Shown: positions 18,383-27,541 of the stretch, one piece after another
How the letters are laid out: the number at the start of each line of letters is the position of its first letter
How positions within the stretch are numbered: position 1 is the first letter of the stretch
Assembly: GCA_905480215.1 (NCBI GenBank)
Contig: CAJQPL010000002.1
Span: 31,308 to 95,307, forward strand
DNA length: 64,000 bases
Direction: 5' to 3'
Origin: an uncultured Woeseiaceae bacterium
GTDB lineage: Bacteria; Pseudomonadota; Gammaproteobacteria; Steroidobacterales; Woeseiaceae
The notes under the pieces: generated by a model
What the model saw: the letters and a program-made list of their open reading frames with translations, nothing else
Database searches by the model: none
Told to the model about the DNA's origin: nothing
Position numbers and translations under genes: made by a program

Positions 18383-20275
18383 TTGGGGATGCGGGTATTG
18401 CTGGGAACCGCACTCAACCGCGAGCAGCAATTTCCAGCAGCGGAACTGGAGTTGCGGGCCGCGCTCGAATTCAAACCCGATATTCCTAAAGCACTCAGGG
18501 AACTAAGCGCCGCTTTGCTCGCGCAGGGCCAAGGCGACGAGGCGCTGCAATGCCTGCAGCGCATTATCTCGATGGATCCCAACAAAAGTAGCGCGCACTT
18601 CGATTTAAGTAATGCTGCGGCCAAGATGGGCAAGAATGAGGAGGCGGAAGCCGCGTTACAAGAGTCATTTCGCCTCGACCCCAGTCGACGGGAATTGTAT
18701 GAGGCTATTCAATTGCACCGCGATGGCCGGCCAAAAGATGCCGAAGTAAAACTGCGTGACATTCTTCGCGAGCAGCCAGCAAATGCGACCGCAACAAGAA
18801 TGCTTGGCAACATCGCTTTGGATGAAGGCCGCTATCGAATGGCTGCCCGGCTACTACGCAATGCCGTCAAGCTGGCACCCGATTATTACGGTGCGTGGAT
18901 TGATTTGTCGCGCGCGCTAACTGAGTACGAGAAACTTGATGAGGCGCGTGCGGCAATCTCCGAGGTCATTAAGCTCGACAAACACCTGGCCTATCCCTAC
19001 GTGTTGCTCGGCAATCTCGAATCCAAAATTGGCGACTACGAAGCGGCTGTTAGCGCATTTGAAGCGGCATTGGACCGGCAGGCTGATCATGGCGGCGCGC
19101 TCGCGGGTTTGGGGCACGCGCTGAAAACAATCGGTCGCCAGGAACAGGCTATTGATCGATACCGTAAGTGCGTGCAGAACTATCCAGCGTTCGGCGAAGC
19201 CTGGTGGAGTCTCGCCAATCTAAAAACATTTCGCTTTAACGACGACGAAGTCGCCACCCTTGAAACGCATGTCGACGACGAACGCCTGAATGATGAAGCA
19301 CGCGTAAATATCAATTTTGCCTTGGGTAAAGCCTACGAGGATCGTGGCGATTATGCAGATGCGTTTCATCGCTACGATCGCGGCAATAAGCTGCGCCGAC
19401 CGCACGAAAGTTATGACCCGGTGCAAACCGAAGCTACTCACGATCGAATTATTAAAACGATCACTGCCGAGCTTATCGAGTCTAAACAATCACACGCAGA
19501 GCAGCGCAATGACCCGATTTTTATCGTCGGTCTGCCGCGCTCGGGCTCCACGTTGATAGAACAAATCCTCGCCAGCCATGACGATGTTGATGGCACGCAT
19601 GAATTGCCGGACTTGCCGCGAGTCGTGCGCACGATCAACCAATGGCAAATCCAGGGCAAAGGCTATCCAGATGCAGTGGCATTGCTGGATGAAGGGCAGA
19701 TTCGCGAACTGGGCGAACAGTACCTGGAATCGACGCAGCGCTACCGACACGGCGGCGCTCGTTTTACAGACAAAATGCCCAATAATTTCTCAATGGTGGG
19801 CTTGCTCGCGTTGATTTTACCAAACGCAAAGATCGTCAATGCGCGCAGACACCCGCTCGACAGCTGCATGGGAAGCTATAAGCAACTATTTTATCGCGGC
19901 CAATCATTTACTTATGATCTGGTCGAGCTTGGCGAGTACTACCTTGAATACCAGCGCATGATGGACCATTGGCAGGAACTGCTGCCCGGCCGTGTCCTCG
20001 ACGTGCACTATGAAAATATGGTGACCGATCAGGAAAATCAGACACGGCGGCTCATCAAGTATTGCGATCTGCCGTGGCAAGACCAGTGCCTGCGCTTCTA
20101 TGAGACGGAGCGCGCTGTCAATACGGCCAGCTCTGAGCAGGTGCGTCAACCCATTTACTCAAAATCGATCAACTCCTGGCGCCGCTTCGAAGACCAGCTC
20201 GAACCGCTGATCGAGGTTCTTGAGCCCTTGTTACGCTTACTGCCTGCCGATCAGCGCCCAAAAACCCTCCAGTAA
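18383..20275 (+). CDS. TPR-repeat protein with C-terminal sulfotransferase domain (TPST-like P-loop). The true 5' end is probably upstream of 18383.
   Basis: Several 34-aa TPR-like repeats. PAPS 5'-phosphosulfate loop 'IFIVGLPRSGSTLIEQILASH'; 3'-phosphate motif 'NARRHPLDSCMGSY'. TPR-like sequence continues upstream of the first ATG (see finding). Confidence 0.8.
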   Translation: MGMRVLLGTALNREQQFPAAELELRAALEFKPDIPKALRELSAALLAQGQGDEALQCLQRIISMDPNKSSAHFDLSNAAAKMGKNEEAEAALQESFRLDPSRRELYEAIQLHRDGRPKDAEVKLRDILREQPANATATRMLGNIALDEGRYRMAARLLRNAVKLAPDYYGAWIDLSRALTEYEKLDEARAAISEVIKLDKHLAYPYVLLGNLESKIGDYEAAVSAFEAALDRQADHGGALAGLGHALKTIGRQEQAIDRYRKCVQNYPAFGEAWWSLANLKTFRFNDDEVATLETHVDDERLNDEARVNINFALGKAYEDRGDYADAFHRYDRGNKLRRPHESYDPVQTEATHDRIIKTITAELIESKQSHAEQRNDPIFIVGLPRSGSTLIEQILASHDDVDGTHELPDLPRVVRTINQWQIQGKGYPDAVALLDEGQIRELGEQYLESTQRYRHGGARFTDKMPNNFSMVGLLALILPNAKIVNARRHPLDSCMGSYKQLFYRGQSFTYDLVELGEYYLEYQRMMDHWQELLPGRVLDVHYENMVTDQENQTRRLIKYCDLPWQDQCLRFYETERAVNTASSEQVRQPIYSKSINSWRRFEDQLEPLIEVLEPLLRLLPADQRPKTLQ

Positions 20276-20442
20276 GAATCTTCTGCAAACCCTTTATGTT
20301 GTATTTTAGCAACACTATTATGGCATTGAACGCCGATGTTTTGCTATTTTCGCTGCCTAATACACACATTGTTGTTTGCTTGTAACAACAGATTTATCTA
20401 CTATTGATGCAGTTCCAAACAATGCGTATCTGAGGAAAAACA

Positions 20443-22983
20443 ATGGCAAAAGCGAAACGCTCAACCAGCAAGACCACAAATGGTCTCTCATACAAAACGA
20501 CCCTGTCTGCAGCCGTCGCTGCGGCCGTTGGGGCCTCGCCGGCAATGGCTCAGGAAGAAAGCGGTGGTATCGAAGAAATTATCGTTACCGCGAGCAAACG
20601 CGGTGATATGAATTTGCAGGATTTCGCGGGAAGCATTCAGGCTTTTGGCGCTGAGCAAATTCGCAATCAGAACCTGTTCAGTATGGAAGATTATTCAAAG
20701 CTAACACCGAGCATGGCTTACTTCGGTAACCAGCCGGGTGCTGGCCGCGTTTTCTTCCGCGGCATTTCTGATGCACCAGACGCATTCATCGTTTCTTCTT
20801 CGGCCGCTGTCTACATTGATGAGCAGCCGATCACGCAGAGCAAGCAGGCCGATCCTCGCTTAGTCGACATCGAGCGCGTCGAAGCGCTCAGTGGTCCGCA
20901 AGGCACTCTGTACGGCTCGAGCTCGCAGTCCGGAACATTGCGGATTGTTACGAACAAGCCCGATCCAACCGGGTTTGATGCCTTTGTCGATACGTCGCTA
21001 AAGCATATGAAACAAGGCGATGCCAGTTATGACATTTCGGGCATGGTCAACTTGCCGCTCATCGAAGACAAATTTGCGGTGCGTCTTGTTGGTTTCTCGG
21101 CGCGTGAAGGCGGGTTCATCGACAACGTACTTGGCCAAACGCCGGCGTCGGAAATCGAATACAACGCGGGATCAGTTAATGATGGCATTCAGTACAACGT
21201 GGATGCTCTCGAGGAAAACTGGAACGAATACTCAATTAACGGTGGACGTATCGCTGCGAAGTGGTTCATCAACGATGGTTGGAGTGCGACGCTGGGAGCA
21301 AACTTCCAGAGCATGGACTCAGATGCCGAAAACACCTACGACCCGACGGTCGGCGACCTGCAGATTATTGCTTTCTCTCCGGACACAAGAACGGATGATT
21401 GGGCACAGTATTCATTGACGCTGGAAGGCGATCTCGGCTTTGCCAATTTTACATCGGCAACGTCGTACTTCACTCGCGATTCTTTTTATTCACAAGATAC
21501 AACCTCCTACGCCGCCTACTTCGGCAGCTTCTGTTACTACGGAACGCAGGCCTACAACATCTACTGCTTCCAGCCGGCCGGCGTATATTACATATACAAC
21601 GACCCGATTGGCTTCCTGACCAATGACCAAAAGAACACCTCATTTGCTCAGGAATTCCGACTTTCAGGCGGCGGCGACCGCTTCAACTGGGTCGGCGGCG
21701 TGTTCTACGAAGAGCGCACTGAGGACTGGGACTTCTACACCTACAGCACCAATGATGGCGGTTACAAGAATTCACAGGGTTTCGCAAACTGGGTCGATCC
21801 AGCTGTCTGGGGTGTCCCCGCTCAGCCGACCGATGCCTGGTGGTTCTCTGCCGATCGCACGGACTGGACCTCAAGCGCTATATTCGGCGAGGGAACTTTC
21901 GATCTGACCGACAACCTGAGCTTTACCGCCGGTGTTCGTTGGTTCGAGGTTGATCAGAAGAAGACTTACTTCGTCGAGCTACCTGCCGGACGACGCACAC
22001 CTGCGCTGCCTGATCTCAACGGCGACGGTGTCGACAAACATGCCTGCCTGATATCAGATGGGCCTTGTGTTAATGACACCGACAATCCGAACGACATCGG
22101 GATCACATCGCCCGATTCCAAAGACAGCGATACGGCTACCAAGTTCTCGGTGCAATATCGATTCAGTGACGATAACAATGTTTACGCATTGTTCTCTGAG
22201 GGATTCCGCCCAGGTGGCACGAATCGTAATCGCGGCGCACCCAAGCTTCCTGCGGGCTACAGGCCGGATTTCCTGACTAACATCGAGTTTGGTGCTCGAA
22301 CAACCTGGGTTGACGGTAAATTGCGTGCCAACTTGACGGTATTCTTCCAGGAGTGGGAGGACTACCAGCTTGAAGTTGTCGATCCGTCAAACATAGGTTG
22401 CGCTATCGATCCAACGCCACCGTGCGGCCAGCCTTGGCAGAAGGGTATTTTCAATGCCGGTGACGCCGAGTCAAATGGTGTTGAGCTGCATCTTGAGGGA
22501 GCACCAACAGATTCCTTCACAGTTCGCGCCAATATGACCTGGCTTGACGCCACGGTGAAAAGCGAGAATGAATTGGTACCCGAAATCAAAGCGGGCGATC
22601 GACTGCCATTCGCACCGGAATTCAAGGGCTCGCTGTACATGCAGCAGAACTGGGAAACGTCATTCTTAAATACCCAAGAGTCGTTTTTGCAGTTTACCTT
22701 GACTCACGTTGGCAGCTCACTGAACCAGGTAACTGGTGATCCGTATGAAGCTCTGTCAGTCAACGCACCGCAGATGACCATGAAGTCGTATGAAACTCTG
22801 GCCCTGAAATACGGAATCGTGGGTGAAGGCTGGGAGGCGAATATTTTCGTCAGCAACCTTACCGATGAACGTGGCGAGCTCTACCACGACGTTACCGACT
22901 TCGAACCTTTCTGGGGCCGGCAACGTACGTCAGTGATTCGACCTCGTGAGGTTGGAGTGCGCTTCTACAAGAGCTGGCAATAG
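20443..22983 (+). CDS. TonB-dependent receptor
   Basis: Signal peptide ending 'SPAMAQE'. Plug 'IEEIIVTASKR', 'ERVEALSGPQGTLYGSSSQSGTLRIVTNKP'. Long beta-barrel with aromatic-rich strands. SD 'GAGGAAAAACA' precedes the ATG. Confidence 0.9.
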   Translation: MAKAKRSTSKTTNGLSYKTTLSAAVAAAVGASPAMAQEESGGIEEIIVTASKRGDMNLQDFAGSIQAFGAEQIRNQNLFSMEDYSKLTPSMAYFGNQPGAGRVFFRGISDAPDAFIVSSSAAVYIDEQPITQSKQADPRLVDIERVEALSGPQGTLYGSSSQSGTLRIVTNKPDPTGFDAFVDTSLKHMKQGDASYDISGMVNLPLIEDKFAVRLVGFSAREGGFIDNVLGQTPASEIEYNAGSVNDGIQYNVDALEENWNEYSINGGRIAAKWFINDGWSATLGANFQSMDSDAENTYDPTVGDLQIIAFSPDTRTDDWAQYSLTLEGDLGFANFTSATSYFTRDSFYSQDTTSYAAYFGSFCYYGTQAYNIYCFQPAGVYYIYNDPIGFLTNDQKNTSFAQEFRLSGGGDRFNWVGGVFYEERTEDWDFYTYSTNDGGYKNSQGFANWVDPAVWGVPAQPTDAWWFSADRTDWTSSAIFGEGTFDLTDNLSFTAGVRWFEVDQKKTYFVELPAGRRTPALPDLNGDGVDKHACLISDGPCVNDTDNPNDIGITSPDSKDSDTATKFSVQYRFSDDNNVYALFSEGFRPGGTNRNRGAPKLPAGYRPDFLTNIEFGARTTWVDGKLRANLTVFFQEWEDYQLEVVDPSNIGCAIDPTPPCGQPWQKGIFNAGDAESNGVELHLEGAPTDSFTVRANMTWLDATVKSENELVPEIKAGDRLPFAPEFKGSLYMQQNWETSFLNTQESFLQFTLTHVGSSLNQVTGDPYEALSVNAPQMTMKSYETLALKYGIVGEGWEANIFVSNLTDERGELYHDVTDFEPFWGRQRTSVIRPREVGVRFYKSWQ

Positions 22984-23014
22984 ACAGCAGACAGCACTCT
23001 GCAAGATAGTGAAG

Positions 23015-23042
23015 AACGCACCCTCTCAGGGTGCGTTTTTTT
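23015..23042 (+). terminator. Rho-independent terminator downstream of the TonB-dependent receptor gene
   Basis: Perfect 10-bp stem 'AACGCACCCT'/'AGGGTGCGTT' (23015-23024 / 23028-23037) with a 3-nt loop, followed by a T-run (GTTTTTTTA). Confidence 0.75.
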
Positions 23043-23055
23043 ATGCCCAGAACTT

Positions 23056-23982
23056 TTATGCCCAGACTTCGAGTCCGTGAATAGCATTGCGAATATCCAT
23101 CGAGATATTCACCGATGCAACCGTAAGTCCGGTTTCGAGATCGTACAGTGATATTGTCGATGGCGACGATCCACCGGCAACAAAGCGCTCGCCGACCGGG
23201 CACAAACCTCTGCCAAACCCTTGCCGTGCGATTTTGGAATCATCGATGCCGGCATACTCGATATCGTCAGCATCGTACTGCATGATTTTGAACGCCTGAT
23301 TAGCACCATCGCGACCGACGTAGCGAACATGATCACTAGCCGTATCATTGAGAATCACACCCTCACGGAACGGCTGCGCGTTATGCGTACCCTGGGGCAA
23401 ATTGCAAACTTCGCTAACATCGAAGTCGCTGCTGATATGCAACAAGGCGCCGGTCTTGAGCCCGCTGAGAAAAATCCCCTGCTCGTTCGCCGACACCATA
23501 TTGATGTGAAAGTTGTTTGCCGGAAACGGCCCCGTCTTTGCTCGCGGGTCAAAGCGAACGCCCGACCAAACGCCGTCAACGCGCTGCACCTGAATCCCCC
23601 AGATGAAGTCGTTGCTTGCGAGGTCAAACGCCAGCAAGCTATCGAATCCGGTTGAGGTTAAGAACAGTGTTTGTTCGATGCGACAGATTTCGTGGCAATG
23701 CTTTAGAAAACTGTTACGAAATGAGCGGCGAATCCGGAAATCCTGGTCATAGCAAAACAACTCATCACTTGCGGCGATCAGAATATCGTCGCCATTAAAC
23801 TCAATGCCGCGTAAACCTCGATCGGCGCCACGACCTTCAAAGTCAATTTCCCCCGTATTCCAATCGACGCGTTGCACGCACTCCTGCGTTTCAAAATCGA
23901 CGGTATAGACACCACCGTGGCTCTCGCCCTGCTGCGATCCACGCACTACGGATGTTGCGATAAATTTCGGAAGTTGATTCAC
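23056..23982 (-). CDS. Hypothetical protein (beta-rich, possibly propeller-like)
   Basis: 308-aa ORF with a GTG start and no signal peptide. Repeated short beta-strand-like segments. No confident family call. Confidence 0.5.
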   Translation of the reverse strand: MNQLPKFIATSVVRGSQQGESHGGVYTVDFETQECVQRVDWNTGEIDFEGRGADRGLRGIEFNGDDILIAASDELFCYDQDFRIRRSFRNSFLKHCHEICRIEQTLFLTSTGFDSLLAFDLASNDFIWGIQVQRVDGVWSGVRFDPRAKTGPFPANNFHINMVSANEQGIFLSGLKTGALLHISSDFDVSEVCNLPQGTHNAQPFREGVILNDTASDHVRYVGRDGANQAFKIMQYDADDIEYAGIDDSKIARQGFGRGLCPVGERFVAGGSSPSTISLYDLETGLTVASVNISMDIRNAIHGLEVWA

Positions 23983-24168
23983 TATTGGTTCCAGTCATGC
24001 CGCCAGAGGACGGCTTTGTTAGATGCTTAACGCATTCAACCGCGATGCTGGCCAACATGCAATATGCACTCGAAGCCGGTAAGCGAAACGGGGCCAGGCA
24101 AGATGCTGCAATCTGGGTCTCATGGGCGAAGAACTTGTAGATAGCCAATGAGCAGATAGAATACGAGC

Positions 24169-24663
24169 ATGAAAATTATTGATTATGATGCTCGTATTCA
24201 CAAGGCTTCTGTGCGCGACTGTGTTGTGGCTCTGCAGGACCATGAGCGTAGCCTTGACTCCAGACTCCCCCCCGGCCTCGATATAGTCGACGCGTGCCTA
24301 CCTGAAATGATCCGCCGCTGCGCGCAGAGCGATGGCAAAGTATTGGTTGCCGAGGATGACGGCAAAGTCGCCGGGTTTGTGACAGTGCTAACCAAGGTAT
24401 CGAGCGGCGAATTGCAGGATGGCGATAGGGAGTATGCGCTGGTCTCCGACCTGATCGTTCGTGAATCCTATCGGCGACAAGGTCTGGGGCAGCGCCTTTT
24501 AGATGCGGCAGAGCAATTTGCGAATTCAAAACAAGTGAGCTGCATGCGAATTGGCCTACTTGCTGGCAACACCGCTGCTGAAGAACTGTACGCGACAAAT
24601 GGGTATCGGACGCTGTTTTGCGAACTTGAAAAAGACCTGAGCCAGTCGGCGCCGAACAATTAG
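24169..24663 (+). CDS. GNAT family N-acetyltransferase
   Basis: Acetyl-CoA binding motif A 'YRRQGLGQRLLDAAEQFA'; 164 aa. Confidence 0.8.
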   Translation: MKIIDYDARIHKASVRDCVVALQDHERSLDSRLPPGLDIVDACLPEMIRRCAQSDGKVLVAEDDGKVAGFVTVLTKVSSGELQDGDREYALVSDLIVRESYRRQGLGQRLLDAAEQFANSKQVSCMRIGLLAGNTAAEELYATNGYRTLFCELEKDLSQSAPNN

Positions 24664-24814
24664 CCACGCTATCGCCAAACTGGATAAGGGCCATCAAGCG
24701 GCACAGTCACGCGTCGCTTGAGTAAGTCAGTAAATACGGTCTTGCGGGACCCAGTCATTGTCTGCACCATAAGCGCATCGTTTATTAGTCGCTCAATCGA
24801 GCTCGGGAAAAACA

Positions 24815-26158
24815 ATGATGCGCTTGTTCTGTTTCACTCCACTGTTGTTTTTGATAGTCGCCTGCGAAGAACAGCAAATGGCAGTTGCCGTCCCCGACCG
24901 CGAACTCATTGTTCATTGCGGCACATTGATTGATGGTTTGTCCGATGCACCGCTTCACGACCGATTGCTTATCATTCGCAATGAGCGCATCGCGCAAATT
25001 CTTCCTGGCGACGATCCTGCCTATGCGAAATCTGATGTTCTGAAGTTACATCGGCATACCTGCCTGCCTGGGCTCATCGATATGCACGTACATCTCGATA
25101 CGTTGCCAGAAGATGCCGAAGACTACCGAATCTTTCTGCAGCGCACACCAGCCGACCTTGTACAGCTTGCCGAACAACTGGCTGAGATTGTCTTGAATGA
25201 GGGCTTCACAAGCATTCGCCACGTCGGCTCGTATATGGATGGTATTGATCACAAACTTAAGGCACGTATTGAGGCGGGCGAGATCCCCGGGCCGCGCATG
25301 CAAGTCGCCGGCCCCTATCTGACTATCCCGCATGGCGGCGGTGACATGTACATTCCCGGCATAGACGATTCTGAGATTCCTGATTACTACCGCGGAGGCG
25401 TCGCAAGAGGGCCTGACGAATTTCGGGCGCGTGCAACGCAGATAATTGCCGGCGGTGCCGAGTTTCTGAAGGTAATCGCCTCAGGAGCGGTGTTCGGTCA
25501 CTCCAGCAATCCGGGCGCGCCAGAAATGACTCGTGAGGAAATTGCAGCCGTGGTCGAAGTCGCCGATGCCGCGGGAATCAAAGTGACCGCGCACGCACAC
25601 AGTGCAGAGTCGATTAAGGATGCGATTCTTGCCGGTGTCAGCTCGATAGAACATGCCTCGCTGGGTGACGACGAGTCTGTCGCGCTGGCGCTGCAACACA
25701 ATGTGGCGTTTTCGATGGACGTGTACAACGGAACCTATACTGAAGATGTAGGTGCCGCGGATGGTTACGCGGATGAATTCATGGAACAAAACACGCTAAC
25801 GACGGAAGCGCAGCGCATTGTTTTTGAAAAAGCAATTGCAGCAGGTGTAAGGATTTTATTCGGTACCGATCTTGGTGTGCTACCTCACGATATGGGATCG
25901 CACCAGTTTGAGATAATGGTTGAACGCGGCATGACGCCCATGCAGGCAATTATATCGGCGACCTCGGATCCAGCCGCTCATATGGGCATGAGTGCTGATA
26001 TTGGCGCAATTGAAGTTGGCCGCTACGGCGACCTGGTGGCTGTGCCCGGCGATCCGCTACAAGACATTACACTGCTGCAGAAAGTAGAGGTCGTAATAAA
26101 AGGTGGCAGTATCGTCAGGTCGACCGAGCCAACCACGATGCGTGTTCATATAGAGTAA
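24815..26158 (+). CDS. Amidohydrolase family metallo-hydrolase, probable lipoprotein
   Basis: Lipobox 'LFLIVAC'. 'GLIDMHVHL' metal-binding HxH, 'VTAHAH', 'GTDLGV'. Confidence 0.8.
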   Translation: MMRLFCFTPLLFLIVACEEQQMAVAVPDRELIVHCGTLIDGLSDAPLHDRLLIIRNERIAQILPGDDPAYAKSDVLKLHRHTCLPGLIDMHVHLDTLPEDAEDYRIFLQRTPADLVQLAEQLAEIVLNEGFTSIRHVGSYMDGIDHKLKARIEAGEIPGPRMQVAGPYLTIPHGGGDMYIPGIDDSEIPDYYRGGVARGPDEFRARATQIIAGGAEFLKVIASGAVFGHSSNPGAPEMTREEIAAVVEVADAAGIKVTAHAHSAESIKDAILAGVSSIEHASLGDDESVALALQHNVAFSMDVYNGTYTEDVGAADGYADEFMEQNTLTTEAQRIVFEKAIAAGVRILFGTDLGVLPHDMGSHQFEIMVERGMTPMQAIISATSDPAAHMGMSADIGAIEVGRYGDLVAVPGDPLQDITLLQKVEVVIKGGSIVRSTEPTTMRVHIE

Positions 26159-26696
26159 CTGCAACAACATCGCCGGCATTGATCATGCCGGCGACCTCTA
26201 CAGAGCCCACCAAACCGCGCAGCAGTTTGCCGGCCTTCGAAAAGCTCGTGTTGTCGAGTCTCTCGCCTGATCGCGTCGACAGCGTGTCCGCGAGTTGAGT
26301 CCCTGCGTCGAGGCACGGCGGATTGTATTCCTCAACAATTAACTCGGCGCCCGACGGAAACTTCAATATTGTCCCTTTAGGCAGACGGGACAGCTCGCTA
26401 ATGCCGTCGAAACAAATATTAACGCCGATGATGCTGGCCGTTAGTGGCTCTGCCAAGTCCATTGCCTCCTGCATTTCGGCTATCTCCTGCACGGACGCGG
26501 CCGACCACTGCCGCTCATTGCGGCGTACTGTTCCTTCCGCCTGCTTGTCCCCGGCCCAACAACTGCGTGTGTAACCTCGATGCCGGTCACCAACGATTCC
26601 ATCGAGTTCAACACTTATCGATGATTGCTCTCGCTTGGCAAGATGAGCTTCTGTGCCGGCGTGAACAGAAACAACGCGTGCCTCGAATGTTTGCAT
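26115..26696 (-). CDS. MOSC domain-containing protein
   Basis: 'GIVGDRHRG' and 'ELIVEEYNPPCLDAG' (conserved Cys of the MOSC beta-barrel). Its start shares 1 nt with the upstream stop (TAATG). Confidence 0.6.
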   Translation of the reverse strand: MQTFEARVVSVHAGTEAHLAKREQSSISVELDGIVGDRHRGYTRSCWAGDKQAEGTVRRNERQWSAASVQEIAEMQEAMDLAEPLTASIIGVNICFDGISELSRLPKGTILKFPSGAELIVEEYNPPCLDAGTQLADTLSTRSGERLDNTSFSKAGKLLRGLVGSVEVAGMINAGDVVAVTLYEHASWLARST

Positions 26697-27541
26697 TAGG
26701 ACTCAGCCTCCAGTTCCGACCATATTGTTTGTACCCATCTGCGAATTTTCAGCGACTCCTGCCAACGATCTGACAATTCGTTTTGATTGCGATCGGTAAT
26801 CGCGTACGGCGGCGGTCCAAGTTCGCAAAGAAATACGAGGGTCGCATCGGCATGGTTTCTTTTGCGCCACGCGCGCATACCCTCTTTCCACCAAGCCTTG
26901 AATATTACCACCCACTCCTGATGTTGTGGAAAATCGATCTGGATCTGCACCTGCTCGCGGTTGGCAATTCTTCCCTGAAAACAGTCTGAACGTTTCAGCA
27001 CTGCACTGATATAGGCTTGATCGCGATCAGGAATCGGATTGCGAAGCTCACGGTCAACAACAAAATGCGACAAATCAGCACACAGCCGCATCTCCGGAAC
27101 CAGCTCCATCAACTGCAGAGTGAAGTACAAGTCGTTGAGCAATCCGTCGCGATGTGTCTCGAACAGCAACGGCATTTCACGATCGGCCGCTTCTGCAATC
27201 CAGCGGCGAACGTCATCGACAGCATCTTCGGGTTTGATCGGCATAATGCCACTAATCACGTTCACCATGCATGCCTGCATCTCCACCGCGAAGTCGATGA
27301 TGGGTGCCATATCGTCCGGCGAATACGGGAAAGCATTGATCATGCAGCCAAGCTTGTGTTCATCGAACAGATGCGCATATTCGCGGCATTGCGGAATTTC
27401 TTCAAGCGACGGATCCATACAGGCACCGTCGAAACCGGCCTGCGCAATCATCGCGAACGCCTCTTCCTTGGACCGTTCGGGAGCATTGGGACTGCGCAAT
27501 TCCATGCCCCATAATGACTGATATATATTAAGTTTTTGCAC
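26696..27541 (-). CDS. Sugar phosphate isomerase/epimerase (xylose isomerase-like TIM barrel) family protein
   Basis: 281 aa. 'GFDGACMD', 'LLFETHRD' and 'LCADLSHFVV' are typical of AP-endonuclease-2/TIM-barrel family metal ligands. Confidence 0.6.
   Translation of the reverse strand: MQKLNIYQSLWGMELRSPNAPERSKEEAFAMIAQAGFDGACMDPSLEEIPQCREYAHLFDEHKLGCMINAFPYSPDDMAPIIDFAVEMQACMVNVISGIMPIKPEDAVDDVRRWIAEAADREMPLLFETHRDGLLNDLYFTLQLMELVPEMRLCADLSHFVVDRELRNPIPDRDQAYISAVLKRSDCFQGRIANREQVQIQIDFPQHQEWVVIFKAWWKEGMRAWRKRNHADATLVFLCELGPPPYAITDRNQNELSDRWQESLKIRRWVQTIWSELEAES

Noticed and set aside
20297-20386. 29-codon ORF (MLYFSNTIMALNADVLLFSLPNTHIVVCL) between the sulfotransferase and the TBDR, considered as a possible modified-peptide precursor. 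A 7-bp-stem hairpin also lies at 20370-20390.
   Set aside because: It has no Shine-Dalgarno sequence, no Tyr/Asp-rich or GG-leader features, and sits in an AT-rich promoter-like region. There is no evidence it is translated.
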